64,000 bases of DNA, taken from IMG/VR virus record IMGVR_UViG_3300022924_000206. The stretch is one strand, 5' to 3'. The DNA comes from an uncultured virus (IMG/VR IMGVR_UViG_3300022924_000206). Taxonomy: Duplodnaviria; Heunggongvirae; Uroviricota; Caudoviricetes. A program made the translations under genes and the position numbers. The notes under the pieces were generated by a model. The model had not been told where the DNA came from and searched no databases. It saw only the letters and a program-made list of their open reading frames with translations. Below are positions 56,520 through 64,000 of the stretch, piece by piece (the first letter of the stretch is position 1; each line of letters starts with the position of its first letter).

Positions 56520-56854
56520 CACAGGCGTTCGAGTACGTAGTCGAAGACTCCGTTGGAGCTCCAAAAACCTTTGCATTTTTCACAAATGTAATGGGGCTTA
56601 GGCGGGACATAGCCTCCTTTGACTTCACCACGAAGTGAGATAATCCACACGGCCGCTCTAGCGCAAGGTTTCTGAGGTCTATAGGAATCCAAGAAACCGT
56701 TATCTAGCTGTTCGGTAGTGGCTAAAGGAAGATGATGGCCTTTACACTGTCTAGAGCATTTCTCATGGTCGCAGTCGCAGGGGACAGAGATTTTCTCTTT
56801 AAAAAGAAGCTCGAGGTCCTGATCGAGCTCTACCTCTGGAGAAATCATAGTCAT
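56519..56854 (-). CDS. Cys/His-rich protein (paralog of 40327)
   Basis: CDCDH..C...HH.P...C...A.W...CEKC..FW. Confidence 0.7.
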   Translation of the reverse strand: MTMISPEVELDQDLELLFKEKISVPCDCDHEKCSRQCKGHHLPLATTEQLDNGFLDSYRPQKPCARAAVWIISLRGEVKGGYVPPKPHYICEKCKGFWSSNGVFDYVLERL

Positions 56855-56877
56855 GGAACAACTATCGAAAGCTCCTT

Positions 56878-57312
56878 TTAGCTAATGATCGACTCGATGT
56901 AAGCTGTTCGAAGCTTAGCAATGGTTTCATCGTAAGCCAGTCCGGCGAGCTCACCGTAGCTCTGAAGAAACTGCTTAGTGACCCCGGTGATGATGAAGAG
57001 AGCCGGGTTAATCTGATCCTTATTGATGAGTGGGATCTGAGGTACCCCGGCTGTGGCCCGCTGAGCGACATCGGAGGCGAACTGGCCTCCCCAGTGGGGA
57101 TCTACATCTCCGGGGATGTCGATTGAAAGGTTCAAGGTTTTGGAGCCGTTGAATTCCAACGTAGCTTTTGAAAACCATTCGGCGCTCACAAGAAGTGTGG
57201 TCCAGGCGGAGGCAAGAGCCTCGTTCACCGCGAAACCTTCGTAAAGCGTAAAGTCGCCGGAGGCAACCACCGCGATTGCCACTCCGCTAATGGGAGTTTG
57301 ATTTTCTGCCAT
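56878..57312 (-). CDS. Hypothetical protein
   Basis: 144-aa ORF, AAGGGG RBS. Confidence 0.7.
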   Translation of the reverse strand: MAENQTPISGVAIAVVASGDFTLYEGFAVNEALASAWTTLLVSAEWFSKATLEFNGSKTLNLSIDIPGDVDPHWGGQFASDVAQRATAGVPQIPLINKDQINPALFIITGVTKQFLQSYGELAGLAYDETIAKLRTAYIESIIS

Positions 57313-57392
57313 GATATGTACCCCTTAGTCACCGCCCTTAGGCGGAAGCTTATAGAGGACTATCATACACCGGACTCACCGGAACCGCAATT

Positions 57393-58442
57393 TTACCAGT
57401 TGCGACTAGTTGAGTAACTCGCTAAGAACGGAATAGGGTCATCGGCTGTCACGAGGTAGATGTTATAGCTTCCCGGGATATAGATGTCATCGGTGGAATC
57501 GAGAGCAGAAATCCACATCTTCATTCGAAGATCTTTCGTCTCTTTCAAACTTTCGTCAACCTGTATGGTCAAGGTTGAGTCTTGTTCAGTTCTCTCCACA
57601 CTGTAGTTGAGTTTCTGAACTTTCAAATAGGTCATACTAGTGGATTTGAACAGTGCGCTGAAAGTAGGCCACATGCGCGGAGGAATAGCTAGAGCAGCAT
57701 CAATATCCGCGGCGTTAGCGATTGTGGTCGAAATGGTTACTAATCCTCCAGCATCCGAAAGAGTGAGATTTACGACCTCACCGTTTAGATCACTGCTCTT
57801 AGAGACTCCGTCAACTAACTCATTCCAAATATTTTTAGCTACCTCATTATTGGTGTCTTGAAAACTCACCGCCGAGGTCACATGGATGTCAACAACACGG
57901 CCGCCACTCGGGGTGGGGGCGGAGGTGAAGTCAATATTGCGAACACTTGAACCATAGGCTTCGGTGAATTGTCTAGTAGCCTCAGCGTAGGCACCGGTTT
58001 CGGAGTAATCACTCAAGCTCGATGCGTAGAATTTCAAAGTGTACTCGGCGGGGCCGGTTGTAGCCGTAGAGTTTCCGTTGCTCGCAAAAACATTCACATT
58101 GACCAGTGAATCGAGTTGTCCATCTAGAGCAGCCAATGGGAACAGGATAGCGTTACCGGGGGTGCTCGAGGTCTCCGATTTTGAACTCACATCTCTGTAG
58201 GAAAGGGTGCTCGAAGGCAACCCATCCAATTGGTTCTCTTCATCAACTATGCCAACCTCGGCGATGGAGTAGTTTGGAGCAAGCTTTTTCGCGTTGGCTT
58301 CAGCTCCCGAGGAGGCTAACTGAGGTTCGAAAATCGTGTACCAGAGTGTAGCTCCACAGATAGCAAAGCCGACAAGACAAAGAGCTATGAGCAAAAGCGC
58401 CGCACGACCGTTTGCTGAGTTGGTTACAGCTTTCATTCCCAT
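57393..58442 (-). CDS. Membrane-anchored Ser/Thr-rich exported protein
   Basis: N-terminal TM; TAATG coupling to the RCC1 gene. Confidence 0.75.
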   Translation of the reverse strand: MGMKAVTNSANGRAALLLIALCLVGFAICGATLWYTIFEPQLASSGAEANAKKLAPNYSIAEVGIVDEENQLDGLPSSTLSYRDVSSKSETSSTPGNAILFPLAALDGQLDSLVNVNVFASNGNSTATTGPAEYTLKFYASSLSDYSETGAYAEATRQFTEAYGSSVRNIDFTSAPTPSGGRVVDIHVTSAVSFQDTNNEVAKNIWNELVDGVSKSSDLNGEVVNLTLSDAGGLVTISTTIANAADIDAALAIPPRMWPTFSALFKSTSMTYLKVQKLNYSVERTEQDSTLTIQVDESLKETKDLRMKMWISALDSTDDIYIPGSYNIYLVTADDPIPFLASYSTSRNW

Positions 58443-61171
58443 TACTTTACCTCAACTCTTAGTGTGAGCTGGACCGGGAGAGTGGTTGTGCTCGCCGCGA
58501 TTTTTGCCATGTATTTCGATGCTCCCCAGCCGTAAATGGCTCCACTCTTCGTGATAGCCACCGTATGAGTATCGGAGATACCCACCAAATTCCAAGAGCT
58601 TACTGGAGCTTCAAAAAGCTCCGTGGGCTCCATTAGAATGGGGGATTCCTCTGGGATTAGTCGTCCACTGTGATTATCTCCCCAGCCGTAGAGTTTCCCG
58701 TCAACTACGGCGATGCTGGATTCTCCTCCGGCTGAAATCGTTGTCGCTGGGCCTGGAAGATCAACTTTGAAAATAGTTCTCGGGGTCATTCCTGCGTTCA
58801 TGGCGATGGTGTAGTTAGCAGCGAGCTCCCAAACGGCGCCCTCTTCATCCCGTAGGAGGAAGTGCTTTTCTCCGGCCACGACCTCCACAATCTTTCCCAG
58901 GGTGGAGCCCTCGTTGGGCTTGGCCTCCATGAGTTGGAAGTTATCCGCGTTGCTACCCCACCAGAGCACTCTATTGCTCTCGGTAACAACTACCACGTTG
59001 GTTTGAGCCGAGGCAATTTTTACAACCTTCTCGTCCAACGGAACCCTAACTGGGCTATCGAGAGTAGTTAGCTTTTCACTGATCGCTCCCATCCAGGAAA
59101 GACCCCAGGTCCACACGAAACCATTGGTATCCACCACGTGGGTGGAAAGTCGGCCGGCCGCGATGTCTGAGAACTTCACAAGAGCCTGACGCTCGGGAGC
59201 AAGAATAGCTGCGGAAGGAACTTTACCGGAGCCGCTCAGGATACTAGGAGCACCCCAGAAGTACAGGTAACCCCCACCGGAGGACAAACCCAAAGCCACG
59301 GTGGAGTTAAAACTAATCGCTTTATAGCTTCCCGGAATTTCAGTCAGTCCGGTTGTGGCGCCTTCTCCGCCTTGCCCAGCGATACCTGCGGCATTGCCAC
59401 CCCAGGTGAAAGTTTTACCGTCAGAGCGTAAGCCAGCGCCTGTGGAGGTACCTCCATTGACCGAGGCGAATGATTCATCGCTTATCTTTGTGGGTGATTG
59501 CAGCTTCTTCTCGCCGGATTGAAGTCGGTTAGCGTCATCGTTTTTACCCCAGGTGAAAAGTCCACTAACTGACCCACTAGCAGTCGCCCAGGTGGGACCT
59601 GCGTAGACCCCGCTATAGGTGTCTGTTCCGATTCTTACTAGAGCGTGAGTGTGCGTTTTTTCGTCTAAGCCGAGGCCAGTTTGGCCATTCGTATCGTTAC
59701 CCCAACCATAAAGAGCTCCGGAGGAATCTACCGCAAAAGCGTTTTCACTTCCAACGGAGGCGGTGATAAACTTAAGTCCCTTGCCGATGGCGACCGGAGT
59801 AAGTGACTCGGGGCCAATGGTGGGCTCCTTGATTACTTCCGCCACGATTCCACTAGTATCAGTGAATTTGAACGTAGCATCAATAGCATCCGTGATGGTT
59901 TTGAGCTCAGCCGTTGTCAAATTTTCTACGGTGAGAGGCTCCGGGTTAGCCGTTAACCAAGTATCTCTTTTGTCCTGCCAAACCTTGTGAGCAGCATCGT
60001 ATTGCTCTTGCGCCGTGGGTGGCGGAGGAGTAGGGGTCGGCGTTGGAGTAGGCGTGGTCGGCGGCACGGTGGGAGGAACCACAACCGGAGGTACCGGCTC
60101 AGTGAAATCGCTACGCTTTGGCTCAGGATTGGCGGTGAGCCAAGTTGTATTTTTCTCTGCCCAGACCAGATGAAGCTCAATGAGCTTTTTAGCAACATCC
60201 ACGTCGATTAGTCCCTGACGCCGAAGATCATCCTCAGCTTTGATTGCCGCCTTCTCGTCGGCTACTCTCTTATCTTCGGCGGCCTGTTCTCCACGCCAAT
60301 CTCGGTTATTCCCTAGAAGTGCATTGTCATTTGAGCCCCAGGAGAAGAGCTCACCATCGCTGTTGATCGCTAACACAGTGTCCGAATAAAGCGATGCATA
60401 CACAGAGCGCCAGGAGCCGCCGACCACCACGGAAGGAGTTTGAGAGGAGCTCTTGTTCCCATTACCGAACTGTCCGGAATCATTGGAGCCCCAGCCCCAG
60501 AGTTGCCCGTTACGGTCAATGGCTAGAGCGAAATCGTTGCCGGAGGCAACCGATGAAAATTTCGTGTCCTGAACTATCCAAGTTGGTAAGGGATTCTCCG
60601 TGGAATCACCGGTACCGAGCTGACCGGTTCCGTTGGCGCCCCAGGAGTAAAGTGCTCCGGAAGTGTCCACAGCTAAAGCGAAATCTGTTCCGACTGCAAG
60701 TTTGTCAAAGGAATAAGAAACCGTGAGCTTGTTCGGACGAAGTTTCGATACTTCACTACCGTCACCGAGGGCTGAAGATTGTGGTGAACCCCACATCCAA
60801 ATATCCCCGGCAGCATCGAGAGCTATCACATGTTCTCCGTAAGAGGAGATTTTCTTGATCAGAGGGGGAGTTTCCCCTTCGGCCACCGGAAAAGTCACAG
60901 TCACCCAATCCTGTGAATTGACTATGGTGCCATCCCCGAGCTGACCGAAATTATTGATTCCTTGACTGTAAACCTCACCCTCCGCGGTGAGCACGTAGGA
61001 GGCATCGGCGACCGAGATAATTTGAACCGCGTTGAGTGGTTTCACATCCGTACGGCTAATGGTGGAACCGGCTGAGGAGGAAACAAAGATAAAGGCGGTT
61101 AGGCTAACAACCGCGAGCGCACTAATGGTGGTGTGCCACCAGCGCCAATTTGGTCGATCAATTGTTGACAT
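58442..61171 (-). CDS. RCC1-repeat beta-propeller surface protein with Pro-rich insert
   Basis: Many G.LY.WG.N..GQLG repeats; N-terminal TM; PTPTPTPTPPPP insertion. Confidence 0.9.
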   Translation of the reverse strand: MSTIDRPNWRWWHTTISALAVVSLTAFIFVSSSAGSTISRTDVKPLNAVQIISVADASYVLTAEGEVYSQGINNFGQLGDGTIVNSQDWVTVTFPVAEGETPPLIKKISSYGEHVIALDAAGDIWMWGSPQSSALGDGSEVSKLRPNKLTVSYSFDKLAVGTDFALAVDTSGALYSWGANGTGQLGTGDSTENPLPTWIVQDTKFSSVASGNDFALAIDRNGQLWGWGSNDSGQFGNGNKSSSQTPSVVVGGSWRSVYASLYSDTVLAINSDGELFSWGSNDNALLGNNRDWRGEQAAEDKRVADEKAAIKAEDDLRRQGLIDVDVAKKLIELHLVWAEKNTTWLTANPEPKRSDFTEPVPPVVVPPTVPPTTPTPTPTPTPPPPTAQEQYDAAHKVWQDKRDTWLTANPEPLTVENLTTAELKTITDAIDATFKFTDTSGIVAEVIKEPTIGPESLTPVAIGKGLKFITASVGSENAFAVDSSGALYGWGNDTNGQTGLGLDEKTHTHALVRIGTDTYSGVYAGPTWATASGSVSGLFTWGKNDDANRLQSGEKKLQSPTKISDESFASVNGGTSTGAGLRSDGKTFTWGGNAAGIAGQGGEGATTGLTEIPGSYKAISFNSTVALGLSSGGGYLYFWGAPSILSGSGKVPSAAILAPERQALVKFSDIAAGRLSTHVVDTNGFVWTWGLSWMGAISEKLTTLDSPVRVPLDEKVVKIASAQTNVVVVTESNRVLWWGSNADNFQLMEAKPNEGSTLGKIVEVVAGEKHFLLRDEEGAVWELAANYTIAMNAGMTPRTIFKVDLPGPATTISAGGESSIAVVDGKLYGWGDNHSGRLIPEESPILMEPTELFEAPVSSWNLVGISDTHTVAITKSGAIYGWGASKYMAKIAASTTTLPVQLTLRVEVK

Positions 61172-61904
61172 GAGTTTTTTCTTCCTGCTCAACTGCGGCC
61201 GGAGGTGCGGAATCTATTATTTTCATCAATGACTGAGCCTGAGTTGGGATTTCTTTCTTCATGCGATGCCACCAGCGCTTTTTACTGTAAGTCGGAGGAA
61301 GCGGATAACCTTTTTCCTCGAAAAGATCAGAGAGCACCGTAATCTGGTTCTCTTTGCTGAACGGCTCAAGTTTCTTGAACCATGGATCAGTATCTTTGTC
61401 GTTGGATTTGAAACCATAGATACGAAGAGCCACCACCATGGCTAAGAATAGGAGACTCAAAAAACCTATGAGAAGAGTAGGAAACGGGGAATCGGAAATC
61501 TTATTGAGCGGATCCCCGAGAAAAGGAACAGAGAGAAGATGCTTGTGGGTGATACCACTAAGTTCGTAATTCCACTCATCCGGAGTCTCGAAAGCAGGGG
61601 CCTTTAGTGTCACGATTGCTGAGCCATTGTCGGCCTTATCCACGTGGATTATCTGGCCCAAGGTGGAACCACCGGCATCGTGAGATCCTACGAGAATAAC
61701 ATCTCCCTCCTTTATGGAGGAGGTCGGAACTTGCTGTGCGATTTCTAGAGAACCCTTAAAGGCTAACGGGGCTGCGGAACCGTCCGAAATAACCGCGAAT
61801 CTAACGTAACCAAGAGCAGAGGCTAAAGCTAAAACTCCGAAGAGGATTGAGGAGACAGCGACGATCCAAAAGATCACAGCTGGAAGCTTATTCCGCAATT
61901 TCAT
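61158..61904 (-). CDS. SipW/S26-like signal peptidase homolog (divergent)
   Basis: TM, AVISDGSAAP..KGSL, IKEGDVI, TLK...PD.W.Y, SVPFLG, TM. Confidence 0.6.
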   Translation of the reverse strand: MKLRNKLPAVIFWIVAVSSILFGVLALASALGYVRFAVISDGSAAPLAFKGSLEIAQQVPTSSIKEGDVILVGSHDAGGSTLGQIIHVDKADNGSAIVTLKAPAFETPDEWNYELSGITHKHLLSVPFLGDPLNKISDSPFPTLLIGFLSLLFLAMVVALRIYGFKSNDKDTDPWFKKLEPFSKENQITVLSDLFEEKGYPLPPTYSKKRWWHRMKKEIPTQAQSLMKIIDSAPPAAVEQEEKTHVNN

Positions 61905-62026
61905 GGAATCCCTATCCTGATCTTAGTAAGTTAAAAGTACGCTTTAGTTCCGCGTAATCGAGAGCATATTATCAAGTTTAGTGAGGAAATACCCGATTAC
62001 TAAATGAATATGCAATGATTCTTAAC

Positions 62027-62536
62027 TCAATAGTGGACCAGAACTACCCCGAGCGGAGCTGTCAAGAGTTCCGGAATGACTTCAGAGAGCGCTACTCTTG
62101 CCAATTCAGCCATCTTTAGAGTAGGTTCATCCAAAATGATTGGATCCCCACTACCTCCGTGCGGCTCTTTCCAATCAATCCAGGTCGGGAAATAACGTGA
62201 GATTAGGGAAATACCGTAGGTAACCGGTCCGTCTTCATCACTCAGTGCCTCGATGCTGAAAGGAGACAATTGCACGGAACCAGAAAACTCTGAGCTATTC
62301 ACTGTTACATAGCCGCTCTGATCTACGGTGGCGTTAGGGTCTAAATGAGTCTTCACCAGGTCAAGATGAATCGAGATAAGCTTTGATCCTACCGAATCAT
62401 CCACATGCTCTATAGCTTCGTAGGCAAGGAAATCCTCTAGATCATCCCCGTCCAGGCCGTCTAGCGTCCCGGGAATAAGATATTTAATCAGTAGCTCTCG
62501 ATCCAAGATCAATGCTAGTTCAGTTCCGTAAGCCAT
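62027..62536 (-). CDS. Hypothetical protein
   Basis: 169-aa ORF. Confidence 0.7.
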   Translation of the reverse strand: MAYGTELALILDRELLIKYLIPGTLDGLDGDDLEDFLAYEAIEHVDDSVGSKLISIHLDLVKTHLDPNATVDQSGYVTVNSSEFSGSVQLSPFSIEALSDEDGPVTYGISLISRYFPTWIDWKEPHGGSGDPIILDEPTLKMAELARVALSEVIPELLTAPLGVVLVHY

Positions 62537-62537
62537 T

Positions 62538-63107
62538 TTAAAAATCCTCTGGGTCTTGTAGTTTCACTTTAACAATAAAAGTTACTTTAGGGAATCGCTC
62601 GAAAAGTATTTCCCTAAGTCGCTCTTCACAGGCTTCAGCGATGGTTTCATCCGAAGAGTCGAGATATAGCTCCCAGTGACCGGAGCCTCCGCTTGCTCCA
62701 CTGCTAGTAAGCCAATGGGAGTCATCGAGCCGCCAAGATCTAACGGTGTCAAAGAACTGATCTTCCTGGGCACTCGTGAGCGGCAGCCCCTCCGCAATTT
62801 CAAGAAAAGCGATTAGGCTGGAACCGTACTCTACTTCCTGGTCACTTTTTAGGAGGGTGGGGAGAGAAACAATCCCTTTTCGTAATGCGAGTGCTACCCT
62901 ATGAGTGCCATCGAGGACAAACTGCTCAGGCTCATCATCATAATCCGAAAGAAGGACCGGCTCCCTTATTCCTTCGGTCTGAATAGCCTCGTAGAGGCTC
63001 TCCATGTGAGAGGGCTCAGTTTCGTAAAGGTAGTTCACAGTGTCCTGCCAGGTTCCACCCTCTGGATAGACTGGCCTATAGAGCGCTACTATTTCACTTA
63101 CGAGCAT
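62538..63107 (-). CDS. ParB/Srx-like N-terminal domain protein
   Basis: L.EAIQTEGIREPVLL...VLDGTHRVALA. Confidence 0.8.
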   Translation of the reverse strand: MLVSEIVALYRPVYPEGGTWQDTVNYLYETEPSHMESLYEAIQTEGIREPVLLSDYDDEPEQFVLDGTHRVALALRKGIVSLPTLLKSDQEVEYGSSLIAFLEIAEGLPLTSAQEDQFFDTVRSWRLDDSHWLTSSGASGGSGHWELYLDSSDETIAEACEERLREILFERFPKVTFIVKVKLQDPEDF

Positions 63108-63109
63108 GG

Positions 63110-63754
63110 TTACTCTGCGATGAGAGGATCGTTTACGCGAATCTTCTCGAGGTAAACGTGACGCTGCCAGAAGTCAATTGCTTCGGCCCAGGTCTTGTTG
63201 TCATATTCACGATAGGTGCCACCGGCCTGGTGCAGAGCGTTACGAGCCATGGTGTTCGGGTGCATGGGAACCGACTCGGCGGGCTGAGCCAGCACGGCAA
63301 CGATCTCCCATTCGGCATCGCTGGAACGTCCGCTGTCACGAGCCAGAGTGTCGGCGCGGTAGATCACGATCTTCACAACGGAGGCGGGGATCAGGGTCTC
63401 ATCCTCGATGACCAGCTTGGAAACCGGAGCTTCCCCCTCAACTCGAGCCTCCCACTTCAGGCGAATCGAAGCGGCATTGTCATCGGTGATCGGAACAATG
63501 TTCGTGAAGAAGTTCTCGGTGGGAACACGAACCAGTCGCACATCATCCTCGACGGAGCCGGTGCCGGCCTCGAAATTGTCCAGGTTAGCCTCCACCAGAG
63601 CGGTGAGGTCCTTGAGGGTACCGGAGTAGCGACGGTTCTCATCCGACTTAGCCATTACCTCCTGCAGAAAGTTGCTCACCGCAACCGCTCCAACTCGCAC
63701 GAATTCGCCGTGGGAGAGTGTCAGTTCGGTTTCTGCGGTGTAAAAGTCGGTCAT
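63110..63754 (-). CDS. DUF3228-like protein (leaderless, high GC3)
   Basis: I..DN....W.AR...E.PV, EWEIVAV.AQ...PMHPNTMARNAL...GG; TGATACCAT-N6-ATG. Confidence 0.7.
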   Translation of the reverse strand: MTDFYTAETELTLSHGEFVRVGAVAVSNFLQEVMAKSDENRRYSGTLKDLTALVEANLDNFEAGTGSVEDDVRLVRVPTENFFTNIVPITDDNAASIRLKWEARVEGEAPVSKLVIEDETLIPASVVKIVIYRADTLARDSGRSSDAEWEIVAVLAQPAESVPMHPNTMARNALHQAGGTYREYDNKTWAEAIDFWQRHVYLEKIRVNDPLIAE

Positions 63755-63918
63755 AACACCATGGTATCACGAGTTTTTCTATGCCACAACCGAAAATAGT
63801 TGTAAAGTTTTGAATATTTGCGATTTAAACACGAGAGATGACGTGATATATAACGAAAGTGGATATAATCCATATAAGCCAAGCTATCCAAAATCAGAAA
63901 AAGAGGAAATCAAGCCAA

Positions 63919-64000
63919 ATGAGCACTTACCACATCAATCCCGAATCAGGCCGCCCCAACGTGTGTCGTGCCGGCGCGGACTGTAAAATCGCCACTAAAA
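63919..64000 (+). CDS. 5' part of a protein with the shared N-terminal module
   Basis: MSTYHINPESGRPNVCRAGADCKIATK runs off the window end. Confidence 0.7.
   Translation, partial: MSTYHINPESGRPNVCRAGADCKIATK

Noticed and set aside
60010..60100. Repetitive DNA inside the RCC1 gene
   Set aside because: Explained by a Pro/Thr-rich coding linker.
63158..63799. 213-aa plus-strand ORF, and similar antisense ORFs at 2083, 11034, 46027 and 49484
   Set aside because: Shadow ORFs opposite high-GC3 genes; no RBS or recognisable motifs.
1..64000. Apparent abundance of GAGCTC/AGCT sites
   Set aside because: Plausibly Glu-Leu and Ala codon usage (GAG CTC, GCT); cannot be called over-represented without a k-mer count against a codon-aware null.

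Overview
Dense accessory region of a large (jumbo-type) phage, most likely infecting an actinobacterium (Microbacteriaceae-like). It holds roughly 110 short, mostly hypothetical genes on both strands, many leaderless behind their own TAnnnT -10 box, separated by bidirectional hairpin terminators. I found no virion structural genes, tRNAs or CRISPR arrays. Recognisable genes: isocitrate dehydrogenase (NAD-type signature plus an acidic C-terminal extension), a minimal histidyl-tRNA-synthetase catalytic domain, HIT, two NUDIX, HD, HAD and calcineurin-like hydrolases, vWA, AAA ATPase, two HNH nucleases, two GNATs, SprT, ParB-like, 2OG-Fe(II) oxygenase, and an RCC1-repeat/SipW-like surface operon. 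Standout signals: (1) the HisRS gene appears to need a +1 ribosomal frameshift at AAGGAG-UAU-CUU-CAC, which is the prfB/RF2 frameshift cassette with the UGA replaced by a histidine codon, suggesting a His-tRNA-starvation sensor; (2) a ~250-nt promoter- and terminator-bounded structured RNA resembling the actinobacterial RNA-polymerase-binding Ms1 RNA; (3) two tandem ~50-aa Walker-A micro-proteins; (4) a Cys/His N-terminal module shared by five otherwise unrelated proteins; (5) a dispersed ~48-bp post-stop repeat. All calls come from reading the sequence by eye; no searches were run.
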